A DNA stretch of 64,000 nucleotides from an uncultured Verrucomicrobiae bacterium (GTDB lineage: Bacteria > Chlamydiota > Chlamydiia > Chlamydiales > Rhabdochlamydiaceae), in assembly GCA_963806855.1 (NCBI GenBank), contig CAWDYW010000001.1, positions 640,001 to 704,000 of the forward strand. The letters are read 5' to 3'. A program made the position numbers and the translations under genes. Positions 18,672 through 29,314 of the stretch are shown here, one piece after another. The stretch's first letter is position 1. Each line of letters begins with the position of its first letter. Under the pieces are notes generated by a model. The model was not told the DNA's origin. It made no database searches and saw only the letters and a list, made by a program, of their open reading frames with translations.

Positions 18672-20012
18672 ATGGAAACAACAGCAGTCACTCGAATCCC
18701 ATTAGTTCCAGATACGATAATGGTCCGGGAAGCGTTGTGCGGAGCCTCAACGAGAGGCCCTACCAGCATAACCGTCTTTTGGCCCCTAAAGTTTCTAAAA
18801 GGGGGGTTCTCTTTGGAGCTCTGCCAAAAGACCATTAAGATATTAACCGAGCTCCATCCTAACCTCCAGACCTCATTCCAGGTCCAAGGCGCCGTCGTGA
18901 ATTGGTTTAAATTGGATCCTGTTTTAGTGCCCATAACCGTCTATCAAGATGATGGGACTCCCAACTACTGGCGATCTGTGGTGAAATCTGAACTGCGCAG
19001 GCCCTTTGATGATCCGGATCAACCCAGCTGGCGTGTTGCTGTAGTTAAAGGCAAAGAGGATACGACTTTAATCGCGATCACGATTCTACATGCACTTGGA
19101 GATGGCGTTTGCGGGGGACAATTAGCGGTCCAATTCAATGAGGTCATGGCGAATCTCATCTTGGGAAAAAAACATTCTCTCCAACTTGTTGAAACATCAC
19201 CTCCTTTAGAGACTCTTTATCAAAAATATCCACACGTGACAATTCCTCCTCAACAAACTCTACCGCCTTTACCTTTTTATCCCTGCAATACAGGATTTGC
19301 CAAACATGCATTCACGAAATCTCCGGGACTCGTGCAGAAACTAAGAGAGTATTGTAAGCAGCATGATATCAAGATGCACAGCACTCTTGTCGCTGCACTT
19401 ATCCTGGCTGTAAAAAAGGTCGTCAATCCAGTTTTTGATAGATTCCAATCACTCACTATTGTCAGTTTTCGCGATGCGATGGGCATACCCAAGTATCAAT
19501 TCCGCCCTCTATTTTCCTGGCTCGAGGTGGACAATGTAAATCCGAACGACAGTTTTCTTCAGATTGCAAAATACGTTCATACCAATCTGCATGCTCAACT
19601 TGATGCTGGAAAACATGTTGCAAATCTGAAAGCGACAGAGGAAAAACTCTCTCAAAAGCCAACAGCTGAGGAGCTGATCTCGCAAGTGCGAATCGCCCCC
19701 AATTTAGTCAACCTGACCAATAGGCAAGAATTGGAGTCCAAAGGAGTATATCCCGAAGCTGAGGCTGAACCTGTTTTAATCATGCGAGAAATTAATGGGG
19801 TAGGCGGAAACAGTCCCTATTTCGGCCTGCAAGGGGAAGGTATTGGAATTACCGTGGGCGTGACTACTTTCAACGACGTTTTCTACCTGACTGCCAGCAT
19901 GCTTGAAGATACGAAACTAGGCCTCGGTGAGGAAATAGGCGAACAGGTGCTGATCGAGATGGAAAATATCCTAAATAGGGAAGTTTTTTCGAAACAAGAA
20001 CTAAACCATTAG
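18672..20012 (+). CDS. Condensation-domain / PapA5-like CoA-dependent acyltransferase
   Basis: RRPFD..PSWRV and HALGDG (HxxxDG), LREYCKQHDI..HSTLVAA. Confidence 0.65.
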   Translation: METTAVTRIPLVPDTIMVREALCGASTRGPTSITVFWPLKFLKGGFSLELCQKTIKILTELHPNLQTSFQVQGAVVNWFKLDPVLVPITVYQDDGTPNYWRSVVKSELRRPFDDPDQPSWRVAVVKGKEDTTLIAITILHALGDGVCGGQLAVQFNEVMANLILGKKHSLQLVETSPPLETLYQKYPHVTIPPQQTLPPLPFYPCNTGFAKHAFTKSPGLVQKLREYCKQHDIKMHSTLVAALILAVKKVVNPVFDRFQSLTIVSFRDAMGIPKYQFRPLFSWLEVDNVNPNDSFLQIAKYVHTNLHAQLDAGKHVANLKATEEKLSQKPTAEELISQVRIAPNLVNLTNRQELESKGVYPEAEAEPVLIMREINGVGGNSPYFGLQGEGIGITVGVTTFNDVFYLTASMLEDTKLGLGEEIGEQVLIEMENILNREVFSKQELNH

Positions 20013-21305
20013 TTCAGCAATTTTCTTCGCGCCATCGATCGCAGGGACGATGCCTATGCCATTGCAAGCAAGGTTGAACCAAAGGTGAGGGTAGTCTGCA
20101 TCAGGGCCAACGATCCTAAGACCATCTGCGCTATAGCCCATCCAGCCATGCCAAAAGAAAGCGAATGTATTAGGTGCGTCCTTAAATGTGGTTTTGAGGA
20201 AATGGTCAATCAGATCTAAGCTCTCTTTTCCTTTTTCCTCTACCCATTCTGAAGAAAAGGGACCGTCTAATTCAAATTCGGGCCCACCAATGACACAAGC
20301 ATGATTGGGATTGTCTGCTGGATGTGGCGCGTGAGAAAAATACCAAAACGGGACATGTTTAAATGCTCCCTGATCGTTTAAAAAACCTAATGCATATCTC
20401 TCTGAGGATCCATTAGGAAATGCGGCGAGGTATCCTATCCGTGGTGTGATCGAATCTTGTAATTTGGTATACCGTTTTTCATTTATTCGGTCCCAAATGG
20501 AAAAATGCATGTAGGCATTTGTGCAAAGAATTACTTCTTGAGCTGTCACTTTCCCTTGAGCATGTTCTAGAACAGAATGGTTCTCAAAGAGCTCAATTTG
20601 CGTGATGTCAGTCTGTTCATACACGGAAAATCGGTGCGGAAATCGCTCCTTGAGATAGTCCAGTACTTTGTAGCAGAACTTTGCGCTATTCATCCTCTTC
20701 CCTTTAAGGGAAGTCGTACGCAGTGCGGCAGCAACGTAGCTCTGATCAATGGTTTTTAATGTTGTTAAAATGGTGTGATGCGGGACAAACTCTACAAGTT
20801 TTAAAAATTCAATGGGGAAATCTTCTCTATGACTTTCAGAGACCAAATAGCGCCAATCAGTTTGGTTTAGGTCAATTCGAAGCTGAATATCTTTCAGAAA
20901 TGAAATAAAATGGTCGAGGGTATTAAAGCCATTGACGGCATGAGAAAAGGGGAGGAGGTTGTCTTTGAGACCGATTTCATCGTGGATGGTGTGGAGGGCC
21001 TCCCAAGCATCATTCAATTGATTAAAAATCGTTCGGGTAGATTCGAGTCCAAGCATATGCTCGAGCTCAGTTGCAGGCTTCTCTATATGTGCAACAGCAA
21101 GACCTGCATTGTGACCCGTGGCGCCGCTAGCCACTCTATTTCTTTCAAGCAAAATAACGTTTTTTTGAGTAGCAGTCAGTAGATAATAGAGTGTTGCCAC
21201 TCCTGAAATGCCCGCGCCTACAATCGCCACTTCACAGCTTAGATCACCCTTTAGGCTAGGCCAAGTGGGTCTATCGAAATCGAGCCAAGGAGAATGGTTT
21301 AACAT
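20001..21305 (-). CDS. FAD-dependent oxidoreductase (DAO family)
   Basis: VAIVGAGISG, ASGATGHNAG, ILCTNAY and ACNGIGI motifs. Confidence 0.85.
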   Translation of the reverse strand: MLNHSPWLDFDRPTWPSLKGDLSCEVAIVGAGISGVATLYYLLTATQKNVILLERNRVASGATGHNAGLAVAHIEKPATELEHMLGLESTRTIFNQLNDAWEALHTIHDEIGLKDNLLPFSHAVNGFNTLDHFISFLKDIQLRIDLNQTDWRYLVSESHREDFPIEFLKLVEFVPHHTILTTLKTIDQSYVAAALRTTSLKGKRMNSAKFCYKVLDYLKERFPHRFSVYEQTDITQIELFENHSVLEHAQGKVTAQEVILCTNAYMHFSIWDRINEKRYTKLQDSITPRIGYLAAFPNGSSERYALGFLNDQGAFKHVPFWYFSHAPHPADNPNHACVIGGPEFELDGPFSSEWVEEKGKESLDLIDHFLKTTFKDAPNTFAFFWHGWMGYSADGLRIVGPDADYPHLWFNLACNGIGIVPAIDGAKKIAELMV

Positions 21306-21491
21306 AGTCGATAAATATACAAAGGAAGAGGCAATAAAGCAACCGGATTGACATTATTTGTTGGACAACTTATTCCGAACGGTAATGCTATACAAATAGG
21401 CGCTGGTTGTTTTCATTATTCAAGGTGTAATAAATTGCGCCGGTGCAGGTCTCAATTTTGAACAGGAATTGTATCATTAATGAAGGCCAGC

Positions 21492-22091
21492 TCACGGTTT
21501 GTATAAATAGAAGGTGGGTTTAGAGGTTTGATCTTTATTAACTTCTTGATACTCGTTAATGAATTTTCCAATAACACGATTGACCGAATCTAAAATATTT
21601 TTCTCATTCTTGTCATCAATACTTCCATCAATAAATGTGTGAGATGTCCAAATATATGTAGAACATTTTGCATCAGTCTTCTCGATAATTGTCGAAGAAG
21701 AAATTAATAAAGCAAGATCAGAAATTGAAATTTTGGAACCTTTATAACTTGGGGCTTCCTCAAATAACATTGTAATATTTGCTTGGGACTTCCCATAACC
21801 GGTGGTATCAGGGACTTTCAAAGTGAAGACATTTCCAATTTTTTTAAACTCATGTTCCACGATCTCATTCACTTTTGAGCGCAAGGAAAGTGAAGTTATT
21901 GAATATTGAGGATGAATGGCAAATGAATTGAAACCTCTTAATGGGTTACATCCCAAAAGCTCGACGCTTGTGATTTCTCTGATTTCCTCAGATTTATTCT
22001 CCGCTCCCAAAGATACAAACAATAGACATAGACTCGAAAGCAGTATTGTTTTTAATCTAGACACTTTTACCTCCTCAATCCAAAAGATCAT
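21492..22091 (-). CDS. Hypothetical exported protein
   Basis: Signal-peptide-like LKTILLSSLCLLFVSLGA; AT-rich; start uncertain. Confidence 0.55.
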   Translation of the reverse strand: MIFWIEEVKVSRLKTILLSSLCLLFVSLGAENKSEEIREITSVELLGCNPLRGFNSFAIHPQYSITSLSLRSKVNEIVEHEFKKIGNVFTLKVPDTTGYGKSQANITMLFEEAPSYKGSKISISDLALLISSSTIIEKTDAKCSTYIWTSHTFIDGSIDDKNEKNILDSVNRVIGKFINEYQEVNKDQTSKPTFYLYKP

Positions 22092-22254
22092 CCCATGCAG
22101 GATCGGGTGGAATAGGATATCCTTTCGTTATTTTTTTTCAAATTCAAATTTTGCGAATGCCATAAAACCCTTTTATGCGCTCGGGGAAGGGCTTTGGCCA
22201 CTTCGTGGCTGGCAAACTGACTCAAAATCATCGGTTTTTCCATGCCCTTTAGTT

Positions 22255-23160
22255 TTACAACTGGCTCTTTAGCGCTGCAATTCGATCATCCAATGGGGGA
22301 TGGGAAGCGAAGAGCATCGCGAAGCCGCGTTTGCCTGGATTGGAGATTTTAAAAGCTTGGAGTGACTCTTTTTCATGCGCAGGATCATGTAGGTTCACTG
22401 TGGCCTTTAGCCCTTCTAATGCGTAGATCATTTTGGATGTGCCGGCGAGGTGTGCGCCGCCAGCATCGGCCCGATATTCTCTACGTCGGGAATACCAAGC
22501 GACAACGATAGAGCCGAGAACCATGAAGACAATCTGAAAAATGATGGTGAAAATCATGAAGGATGCATAGGAGCCCTGCTTTTGATTGTCTCTACCAAAT
22601 CCTGATAAGATGAAGGCGAGAATCCTAGCGAGGAACATCACAAAGGCGTTGATGATGCCTTGCAGAAGGGCCATGGTCACCATGTCGCCGTTGGAGATGT
22701 GGGTCACTTCGTGTGCGAGCACCCCTTCGACTTGGCTCTTATCCATTTTCTGGAGGAGGCCCGACGAGATGGCGACGAGGGCGCGCCGTTTGGTGGGGCC
22801 GGTGGCAAAGGCGTTGATCTCAGGGGATTGGTAGATGCCCACTTCTGGCATTTCGGGCAGGCCTGCCTTTTGCGCAAGGCCGTAGACTGTCTCCAGGACC
22901 TCTTTTTCAAACGGATCGCGGGTTTGCGGATCGATCAGTTTGACGCCCATCATCCATTTTGCTGTGATGCGGGAGAGGGCAAGTGAAATAAATGCGCCGC
23001 CCATGCCCCAAACTAGACACATGATCAGCAGATCTTTGTAATTGATCCCCGAGCGCTCGAGATAGGGCTGAACATTAAAAAGACTCAAGACAATTGATAT
23101 CGTCGTAATGACAAGAAAGTTAACGACTAAGAAAAGAATAATTCGCTTTGCAATCCCCAT
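22255..23160 (-). CDS. htpX: Zinc metalloprotease HtpX
   Basis: NAFATG, AHEVTHISNGDMVTM, SRRREYRAD and SHPPLDDRI motifs. Confidence 0.95.
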   Translation of the reverse strand: MGIAKRIILFLVVNFLVITTISIVLSLFNVQPYLERSGINYKDLLIMCLVWGMGGAFISLALSRITAKWMMGVKLIDPQTRDPFEKEVLETVYGLAQKAGLPEMPEVGIYQSPEINAFATGPTKRRALVAISSGLLQKMDKSQVEGVLAHEVTHISNGDMVTMALLQGIINAFVMFLARILAFILSGFGRDNQKQGSYASFMIFTIIFQIVFMVLGSIVVAWYSRRREYRADAGGAHLAGTSKMIYALEGLKATVNLHDPAHEKESLQAFKISNPGKRGFAMLFASHPPLDDRIAALKSQL

Positions 23161-23264
23161 GGGAACCTCCGTCCTAATGAAGAAAAACATAGCAGATTTG
23201 TTTTTATTTGCATATAAATGTTGCTTGTGAGATTTATCAAGGAAAAGAGGAATAATAACCAACG

Positions 23265-23462
23265 ATGTCTAAGATGCGCCGCTCAAAGAAAAGTGCCTGT
23301 ACAATTTTCATTTCCTGTAATGAACCCAACGAAGATGGAAAAATGCATGTCGAGATGACATGTGAGGGGGATCACCTCCTCGCCGCATTTTTGCTCGAGA
23401 ATGCTCAGTCGATTTTAGACAACAACAGCACGGTGTCTAAGGTCTCCTCTATCGGAAATTAA
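23265..23462 (+). CDS. Small hypothetical protein
   Basis: 65-aa ORF with GAGG SD, in operon with the peptidase. Confidence 0.55.
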   Translation: MSKMRRSKKSACTIFISCNEPNEDGKMHVEMTCEGDHLLAAFLLENAQSILDNNSTVSKVSSIGN

Positions 23463-23485
23463 TCAGCTGAGATATACTCTCAGTT

Positions 23486-24862
23486 ATGAGTTTAGACCTT
23501 CCCAATTTAAAAAAATGGTATGAAAAGCATCGAGAAGCTGTTCTTGAGGACTTTTTCGAGTTTTTAGCATTTAAAAGTGTCAGCGCCGACTCGGCCTTCG
23601 ATTCAGAGACGAAAAAATGTGCCGATTGGCTTGTCGAGTATCTGACGAAAATCGGTCTTGAGGTCCAAGTCTGGCCTACATCAGGACAGCCTGTCATCTT
23701 CGCCAAGCATTGCAAAGCGGGGAAAGATCGGCCGACCCTCCTTCTTTATCAACATTATGACGTGCAACCCGTTGATCCGCTCGAGCTGTGGAAAAGCGAT
23801 CCATTCAAAGCAACAGTCCACGATGGAAAGGTGTTTGCGCGAGGGGCTCTGGATAACAAAGGGCAATGTTTCTACACGATCACCGCAATTAAGGCGCTGC
23901 TAGAGCTGTGCGACGAGTTGAACTTCAACCTCAAGCTCTTCATCGAAGGGGAAGAGGAATCGGGAAGTGAAGGGACGCGGGAGGTCTTTGCTTTGAGGGG
24001 CAAAGAATTAGAGAGCGATTATCTGCTCATTGTCGACGCTGGGATCCCTGCGCCTGGACAACCGGCGATCACTTTAGGGTTGCGGGGGATCATTACGTTA
24101 GAGGTGGTCTGCCGCGGGGCAAGCAGCGATCTTCACTCAGGTGCTTTCGGCGGGATTGCCTACAATCCGAATCGGGCTCTCGCTGTTGCTCTTGCATCAC
24201 TTTGGGATGAGACAGGGAAAGTGGCTGTACCCCATTTTTATGACGATGTAGAGACTCTCTCGCCCAAGGAGCTGGAGAAGTTCCAGATCGAGATGGATGA
24301 AGAGGAGATCAAAAAGGAGCATGGACTGAGGGCCCTTTGTCCAGAGCCAGGCTTCTCTATCGGTCAATCGGCGACGATCAGGCCCACGGTGGAGATCAAT
24401 GGGATGGCTGGAGGCTATGCGGGCGAAGGGTTTAAGACGGTTTTGCCAGCGGTGGCGAAAGCTAAAATCTCATGCCGTTTGGTTCCAGACCAAGATCCGG
24501 CCAAGATTGCGGCCAATCTCAAAGCCCATTTGCTTAAAAATATGCCAAAAGGGCTTGAGGTGGAGATCACGGTGGGTCAGGGGAGTCCAGCTTTTCGCAG
24601 TAAACACGATTCTTTCATTGCCAAACTCGTAGCAAAAGCGTATGAAGATGTTTTAGGGAAACCATGCCAATACTGCTTGCTAGGGGGCTCTATCCCCATT
24701 ACAGTTGAATTGGCAGAAGCAAGCCGCGCCGACACGGTCATGATGGGTTATGGGCTCAATACCGACCAAATCCATGCCCCAAATGAGCATTTTGGCTTAG
24801 ACCGTTTTGAGCAAGGGTTTTTGACGATGGGAAGGATTTTTGACAAACTCAATGAACAGTGA
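23486..24862 (+). CDS. M20 family dipeptidase
   Basis: HYDVQPVDP, ARGALDNKG, EGEEESGS, DLHSG and HAPNEHF motifs. Confidence 0.92.
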   Translation: MSLDLPNLKKWYEKHREAVLEDFFEFLAFKSVSADSAFDSETKKCADWLVEYLTKIGLEVQVWPTSGQPVIFAKHCKAGKDRPTLLLYQHYDVQPVDPLELWKSDPFKATVHDGKVFARGALDNKGQCFYTITAIKALLELCDELNFNLKLFIEGEEESGSEGTREVFALRGKELESDYLLIVDAGIPAPGQPAITLGLRGIITLEVVCRGASSDLHSGAFGGIAYNPNRALAVALASLWDETGKVAVPHFYDDVETLSPKELEKFQIEMDEEEIKKEHGLRALCPEPGFSIGQSATIRPTVEINGMAGGYAGEGFKTVLPAVAKAKISCRLVPDQDPAKIAANLKAHLLKNMPKGLEVEITVGQGSPAFRSKHDSFIAKLVAKAYEDVLGKPCQYCLLGGSIPITVELAEASRADTVMMGYGLNTDQIHAPNEHFGLDRFEQGFLTMGRIFDKLNEQ

Positions 24863-25671
24863 AAAAAGACCCATATTGGTTCTGTTTGGACCGATGCTCT
24901 TTTTGGGCATTGTGGTCTTGCTGCTGTTTCGGATCTCAAGCACTTCTGGGTTTTGGTTGTTTGGCATCGCTGTCGCTACGCTTCTTGCCGGTTGGGTTTC
25001 TTATTTAGTCTTCCTAGAAATGATCTCACAAAAAAAAAGAGCATCAGGTGCTCTTAGCCAAAAAGGGGAAAGAGGCCGAAGATCTGCGGGCAATCCTCGA
25101 TGAAACCCATCTGCTCTATCGGGATAAGGTCTCGAAATTGGAAACGGCGCTAGGTGACTATGAAAGGGATCAAGCCGACAAGTTGCTTGAAAAAGAGGGA
25201 GCCGTAGCCCAGCTCACAGAGGCAGTCAATCACTATAAGAGTCTCGCCCACTCGTTCGAAACCTCCCTTGAAGAGGCTTTGAATGAGCTACGCACGCTCT
25301 CTCAATTGCATTATATGCAGCAGCAGCAAGAGGCGCCTAAAAATCTGGTCAGGCAGCACCAGCAGCTGCGTGAGCAATTTGAGGAGAAATCGATCGTTCT
25401 CGACCAAACCCGCCGCCGTCTATTTGAAGCTGAAGGGTTTTTGATCGCTCTGAAAAAAGAGCGGGGGCTCGAGCTGCTTAGTCAAAATGAGGAGATGGAA
25501 GCGTTAGTCTGCATCCTCAATGAACTGATTCAAGAAAATGAGGCTCTAGATGCAGAGATTAAAGCGCTCGAAAGTCTCGTCTCCCTCAAGTTAGCTCCAC
25601 AAAAGAAAACACAGAAGAAGCTCCAAGAAATGCTCGAATTTCAGTTTGAGACTACCGTTCCCACGGAGTGA
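24852..25671 (+). CDS. Membrane-anchored coiled-coil hypothetical protein (frameshift near the poly-A at ~25030)
   Basis: Two N-terminal TMs in one frame; coiled coil continues in ORF 25048..25671. Confidence 0.6.
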
Positions 25672-26548
25672 GGATTTCGACGCCGGTTTCGGTGATCAGC
25701 AGCGTATGCTCCCATTGGGCGCTCGGCTTGCCATCGTTGGTATAGGCGGTCCACTGGTTCTCTTCATCGATGTATCCACCCTTCTCACCGGCGTTAATCA
25801 TCGGCTCGATCGTAAAGGTCATCCCAGCGACGAGTGGAATCTGCATCCGGTTTCGATGGTGCGGCACTTGCGGCGGTTCATGGAACTCGATCCCGACTCC
25901 ATGTCCGACGAAAAAGTCGACCACCGAGCAGCCATACTCCTCGGCGCAATCGGAAATCGCATCGCCAATCTCATAGAGCATCGCCCCGGGCTTCAAGATG
26001 CTAATGGCCCGCATGAGGCATTGGTAGCTGGCCTCTGTCACATTCATTCGCTCGGGATCGGTCTTTCCAATGATCACCATCTTGCTGCAGTCGCCATAGT
26101 AACCATCGAGGATGCAGCTGACATCGATATTGAGGATGTCTCCCTCTTTCAGCACGACAGGGCCGGGAATCCCATGGCAGATCTCATCATTGAGCGATGT
26201 GCAAATGCTTTTGGGATATGGGGGAGTACCATAGCCAAGCGTCGCAGGAATCGACCCCGCCTCCAAATAGAGCTGATGGGCATAGGTATTGAGCTCATCG
26301 GTGGTGACCCCAGCTTTGGCCATGCGGCAGGTCTTCTCGAGGATCTCAGCAGTTACTTGGCAAGCACGCCGAATCCCTTTGATCTGCTCGGGGGTTTTCA
26401 AGATGATCCCATACTTCTTCATGTACTCTGCGGCCAAGTCAGAGCTCGAGTGGGGAGGTTGAATCGGATAGTGACATTTTTTCCACTTCTGGCCACTTTG
26501 ACACCAGCAGGGATCATTGCGTGAAATCATACCTCTATTTTCACTCAT
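25652..26548 (-). CDS. map: Methionine aminopeptidase with N-terminal SEC-C motif
   Basis: RNDPCWCQSGQKWKKCH, ICHGIP, GHGVG, FTIEPM and SAQWEHT motifs. Confidence 0.96.
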   Translation of the reverse strand: MSENRGMISRNDPCWCQSGQKWKKCHYPIQPPHSSSDLAAEYMKKYGIILKTPEQIKGIRRACQVTAEILEKTCRMAKAGVTTDELNTYAHQLYLEAGSIPATLGYGTPPYPKSICTSLNDEICHGIPGPVVLKEGDILNIDVSCILDGYYGDCSKMVIIGKTDPERMNVTEASYQCLMRAISILKPGAMLYEIGDAISDCAEEYGCSVVDFFVGHGVGIEFHEPPQVPHHRNRMQIPLVAGMTFTIEPMINAGEKGGYIDEENQWTAYTNDGKPSAQWEHTLLITETGVEILTPWER

Positions 26549-26556
26549 TATTCTAA

Positions 26557-27288
26557 TTAATAAAACACTTTTTTCAGGGAGAGGCCATGAGCCGGAGCCG
26601 TCATTCCAGCTTGGGCCCTTTTTCGCTCTTCCAAAATGGTTTTAAGCTGAGCAACCTCAATTTTGCCAGAGCCGATGAAGGCGAGGGTCCCGACGATCGT
26701 CCTGACCATTTTGTAGAGGAATTTGTCTCCTTTGACCCGGATCTGCAGCCGATTTCCAGGCAGCGCGATGATTTCAATCTGCTCTACGTGCCGCACCGCA
26801 TCCTCGTAGCGGAGGGTGGTGAAGGCCGAAAAATCGTGCCTTCCTTCGATCTGTTTGGCCCCTTGGCGCATCAGCTCGAGATCGAGGGGGGGATGGAAAT
26901 GCCAGGAGAACTCCCGATGGAAGGGGAGTTGGACCGATTGGTTGCAGATATGGTAGTGATACTCTTTGCAGATGTTGTTTAATGTCGGGTGAAAGTGATC
27001 GTCCACCGGCTTGAGCTCGAGCGGGGAGATGTCTTTAGGTAAGAGGCCCCGCAGCTTCTCCCGCAATTGGCCCATATCCCAGCTCTCATCGGCAAAAAAA
27101 TTGACCACCTGCCCCTCGGCATGGACCCCGCGATCGGTGCGGCTTGCAGCTTGGATCTTGACCGGATGACGGAGGATCTTTTCGAGCGCTCTTTCAAGCT
27201 CTTGCTCGATGCTCGGCCCCATTTTTGTCTTTTGAAAACCAAAATAGCGGGTCCCAGAGTAGGCTAATATACAGACGATATTTTTCAT
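26557..27288 (-). CDS. truA: tRNA pseudouridine(38-40) synthase
   Basis: ASRTDRGVHAEGQV, HDFSAF, FLYKMVR and TAPAHGL motifs. Confidence 0.95.
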   Translation of the reverse strand: MKNIVCILAYSGTRYFGFQKTKMGPSIEQELERALEKILRHPVKIQAASRTDRGVHAEGQVVNFFADESWDMGQLREKLRGLLPKDISPLELKPVDDHFHPTLNNICKEYHYHICNQSVQLPFHREFSWHFHPPLDLELMRQGAKQIEGRHDFSAFTTLRYEDAVRHVEQIEIIALPGNRLQIRVKGDKFLYKMVRTIVGTLAFIGSGKIEVAQLKTILEERKRAQAGMTAPAHGLSLKKVFY

Positions 27289-27875
27289 ATGATAGAGGCG
27301 AAAAATGGCTTGAGACCATTGAGGAACATTTGAATAGAGAGCATGATCAAAATTAGCCCTGTAAACCGCTCACAAGCGGCGATGCCTCGTTCCCCAAGCA
27401 CTTTTTTGAGAGAAGGGGCGGCGAGCAAGATGATAGTGGTAGCGGCCCAAGAGATGAAAACTGCACCTAAGACAAGCCAAGAGGAGACCTGTTGGTGGGA
27501 GAGGAGCATCACATAGGCCAGAGTCGCGGGTCCAGCGAGAAGGGGGACAGCCAGAGGAACTAAAAAGGGCTCCTTCGTTCCTTCTGCGGCAATCGCATCG
27601 TTTTGTTTGGGGAAGACCAGTTTTAAACCGATGATGAATAGGATCACGCCCCCTGAGATGTTGACTGCCTCTTGGCTGATCGACAGGAATGCTAGGATAT
27701 AATTGCCGATGTAGAAAAAGGCGATGATGATGATCAAGGCGAGGATCAGCTCACGGAAAATGATCGCCCGCTGCCTCTCGGGTTTAATCCGCTTTAAGAT
27801 CGACAGGAAGATCGGAACATTGCCGATGGAATCCATGAGCAGAAAAAGGGTCAGTGAGATTCCAAATAGGTTCAT
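27285..27875 (-). CDS. MarC family membrane protein
   Basis: MDSIGNVPIF and VPLAVPLLAGP motifs; about six TMs. Confidence 0.9.
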   Translation of the reverse strand: MNLFGISLTLFLLMDSIGNVPIFLSILKRIKPERQRAIIFRELILALIIIIAFFYIGNYILAFLSISQEAVNISGGVILFIIGLKLVFPKQNDAIAAEGTKEPFLVPLAVPLLAGPATLAYVMLLSHQQVSSWLVLGAVFISWAATTIILLAAPSLKKVLGERGIAACERFTGLILIMLSIQMFLNGLKPFFASII

Positions 27876-27884
27876 AGCCTCATT

Positions 27885-28814
27885 CTACAATTTTTCTGAA
27901 GCAATTGCAACTGCATTCCAAATTTTTTTTATTACTTTTCGCTCGGAGGAGGGGAGGTTCTCTAAAATCAGCAGGCAATCTTGGTTCTTGGCAAAGGCGG
28001 CCGCGGTCCAATTGGCTGAGCCGAGCACCAGGGTCTTGCTGTCGATCAGCGCCCATTTGTGGTGAAGCAACTGGCTTCCTCGATTTAGAAGGATCTCAGC
28101 TCCAGCCGCTTGCAATTGCTCCACTGCTTTTCGACTCGCTCCCATTGCCGTATACCGGTCGATTGCAACTGAGACCGTCACGCCCCGTTTTTGAGCCTCT
28201 GCCAATTTGCCGACCAGGCTAGGGTGGGTGAGGGTGAACATCGCCACCTGGATCGATTGCCTCGCGTCCTCAAGACATTTCTCTAGAGCCTTGATCGCTT
28301 CCACATTGGGCAGCAAATAGCAGCCGATCCTCATCGATCCCACAGCAAAGTTCCCTTCCAACTTGGTCGCCAATTCGGGGTGCCATAGTCCTAATATCAA
28401 ATTATCGTGCATTTTGAGCGATTGGGTCGTGAAATTGGCGGTCCCCAGAAGAACTAAAGCCTCATCGATGACCAAGATTTTCCTATGCATCAACCCCCGT
28501 GTTTTGACAGGGTAGGCGGGGAGCTCTTTGGGTAGGGTTCTCTTTTTGTCATGAAAGATCTTCACATCTACTCCCTCTCGATGCTTTTTCTTGAGCAATG
28601 AGAGGATCGCGGGATCGGAAAGTTCATAAATTTGCAGGGAAATGGAGGTGTTTGCATTTTGCAAAGCTTTGATGACGGTCAGTTTGAGGTCGTGGTGGAT
28701 TTGATTGGAATAAAAGCGAACAGGGTGCTCTGGACAGGGGAGTTTGGGATGGAGGGCAATTAGTACAAGCCAGAGATACCCTCCCAGGATCCCACAGAAG
28801 AGCAGTCTCTTCAG
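27885..28814 (-). CDS. Phospholipase D family protein
   Basis: Two HKD motifs (HRKILVID, HHKWALID); frame extends upstream through a TM to CTG at 28814. Confidence 0.88.
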   Translation of the reverse strand: MKRLLFCGILGGYLWLVLIALHPKLPCPEHPVRFYSNQIHHDLKLTVIKALQNANTSISLQIYELSDPAILSLLKKKHREGVDVKIFHDKKRTLPKELPAYPVKTRGLMHRKILVIDEALVLLGTANFTTQSLKMHDNLILGLWHPELATKLEGNFAVGSMRIGCYLLPNVEAIKALEKCLEDARQSIQVAMFTLTHPSLVGKLAEAQKRGVTVSVAIDRYTAMGASRKAVEQLQAAGAEILLNRGSQLLHHKWALIDSKTLVLGSANWTAAAFAKNQDCLLILENLPSSERKVIKKIWNAVAIASEKL

Positions 28815-29086
28815 ATTTTTTGCCCTGCGGCACGCATCTGACGGACGACAGCATCCACACCGAGTTTATCGAGTGTGCGCAGCGCTGAAGTACAGAGGCG
28901 CAAGGTGATGAATCGTTTTTCATCAGATAGCCAAATGCGCTTCTTGATCAAATTGGGTTGGAAACGGCGTCTAGTGATACCAGTTGTTTTCAGACCAATC
29001 CCTTTTTTCTTTTTGGCGATTCCGCGAATAGCGTAGGTCTTACCTGGACGGGGCTTTTTTCCTGTAACTTGACATACTTTTGACAT
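28811..29086 (-). CDS. rpmB: 50S ribosomal protein L28
   Basis: MSKVCQVTGK and TRRRFQPNL motifs. Confidence 0.96.
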   Translation of the reverse strand: MSKVCQVTGKKPRPGKTYAIRGIAKKKKGIGLKTTGITRRRFQPNLIKKRIWLSDEKRFITLRLCTSALRTLDKLGVDAVVRQMRAAGQKI

Positions 29087-29314
29087 AAGAACTCCTTAAA
29101 AATTGACAGTGTAGCAGAAGGATTTTTATTGGACAAGAGAGAATGAACGGATGTGTAAAGTATTTATTTTGATCAAATATTTTTACTCACTACGGACATG
29201 CTAGAGCCCAAAAATTCTGGTTTTGGAAGATGAGGTGACATAAAATATTGCAGTCGATTATGGTATCGAAACACAGTGACATAAACCCAAAGTATCCCAC
29301 TTAAGAGAGGACGA

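Noticed and set aside
25646..26524. 292-aa ORF antisense to map, and similar long antisense ORFs over clpB, truB, infB and 37319..38068
   Set aside because: Shadow ORFs of conserved genes, with no motifs of their own.
29235..29285. Direct repeat GTGACATAAA twice in the rpmB divergent gap
   Set aside because: Only two 10-bp copies with no further structure; too weak to call.
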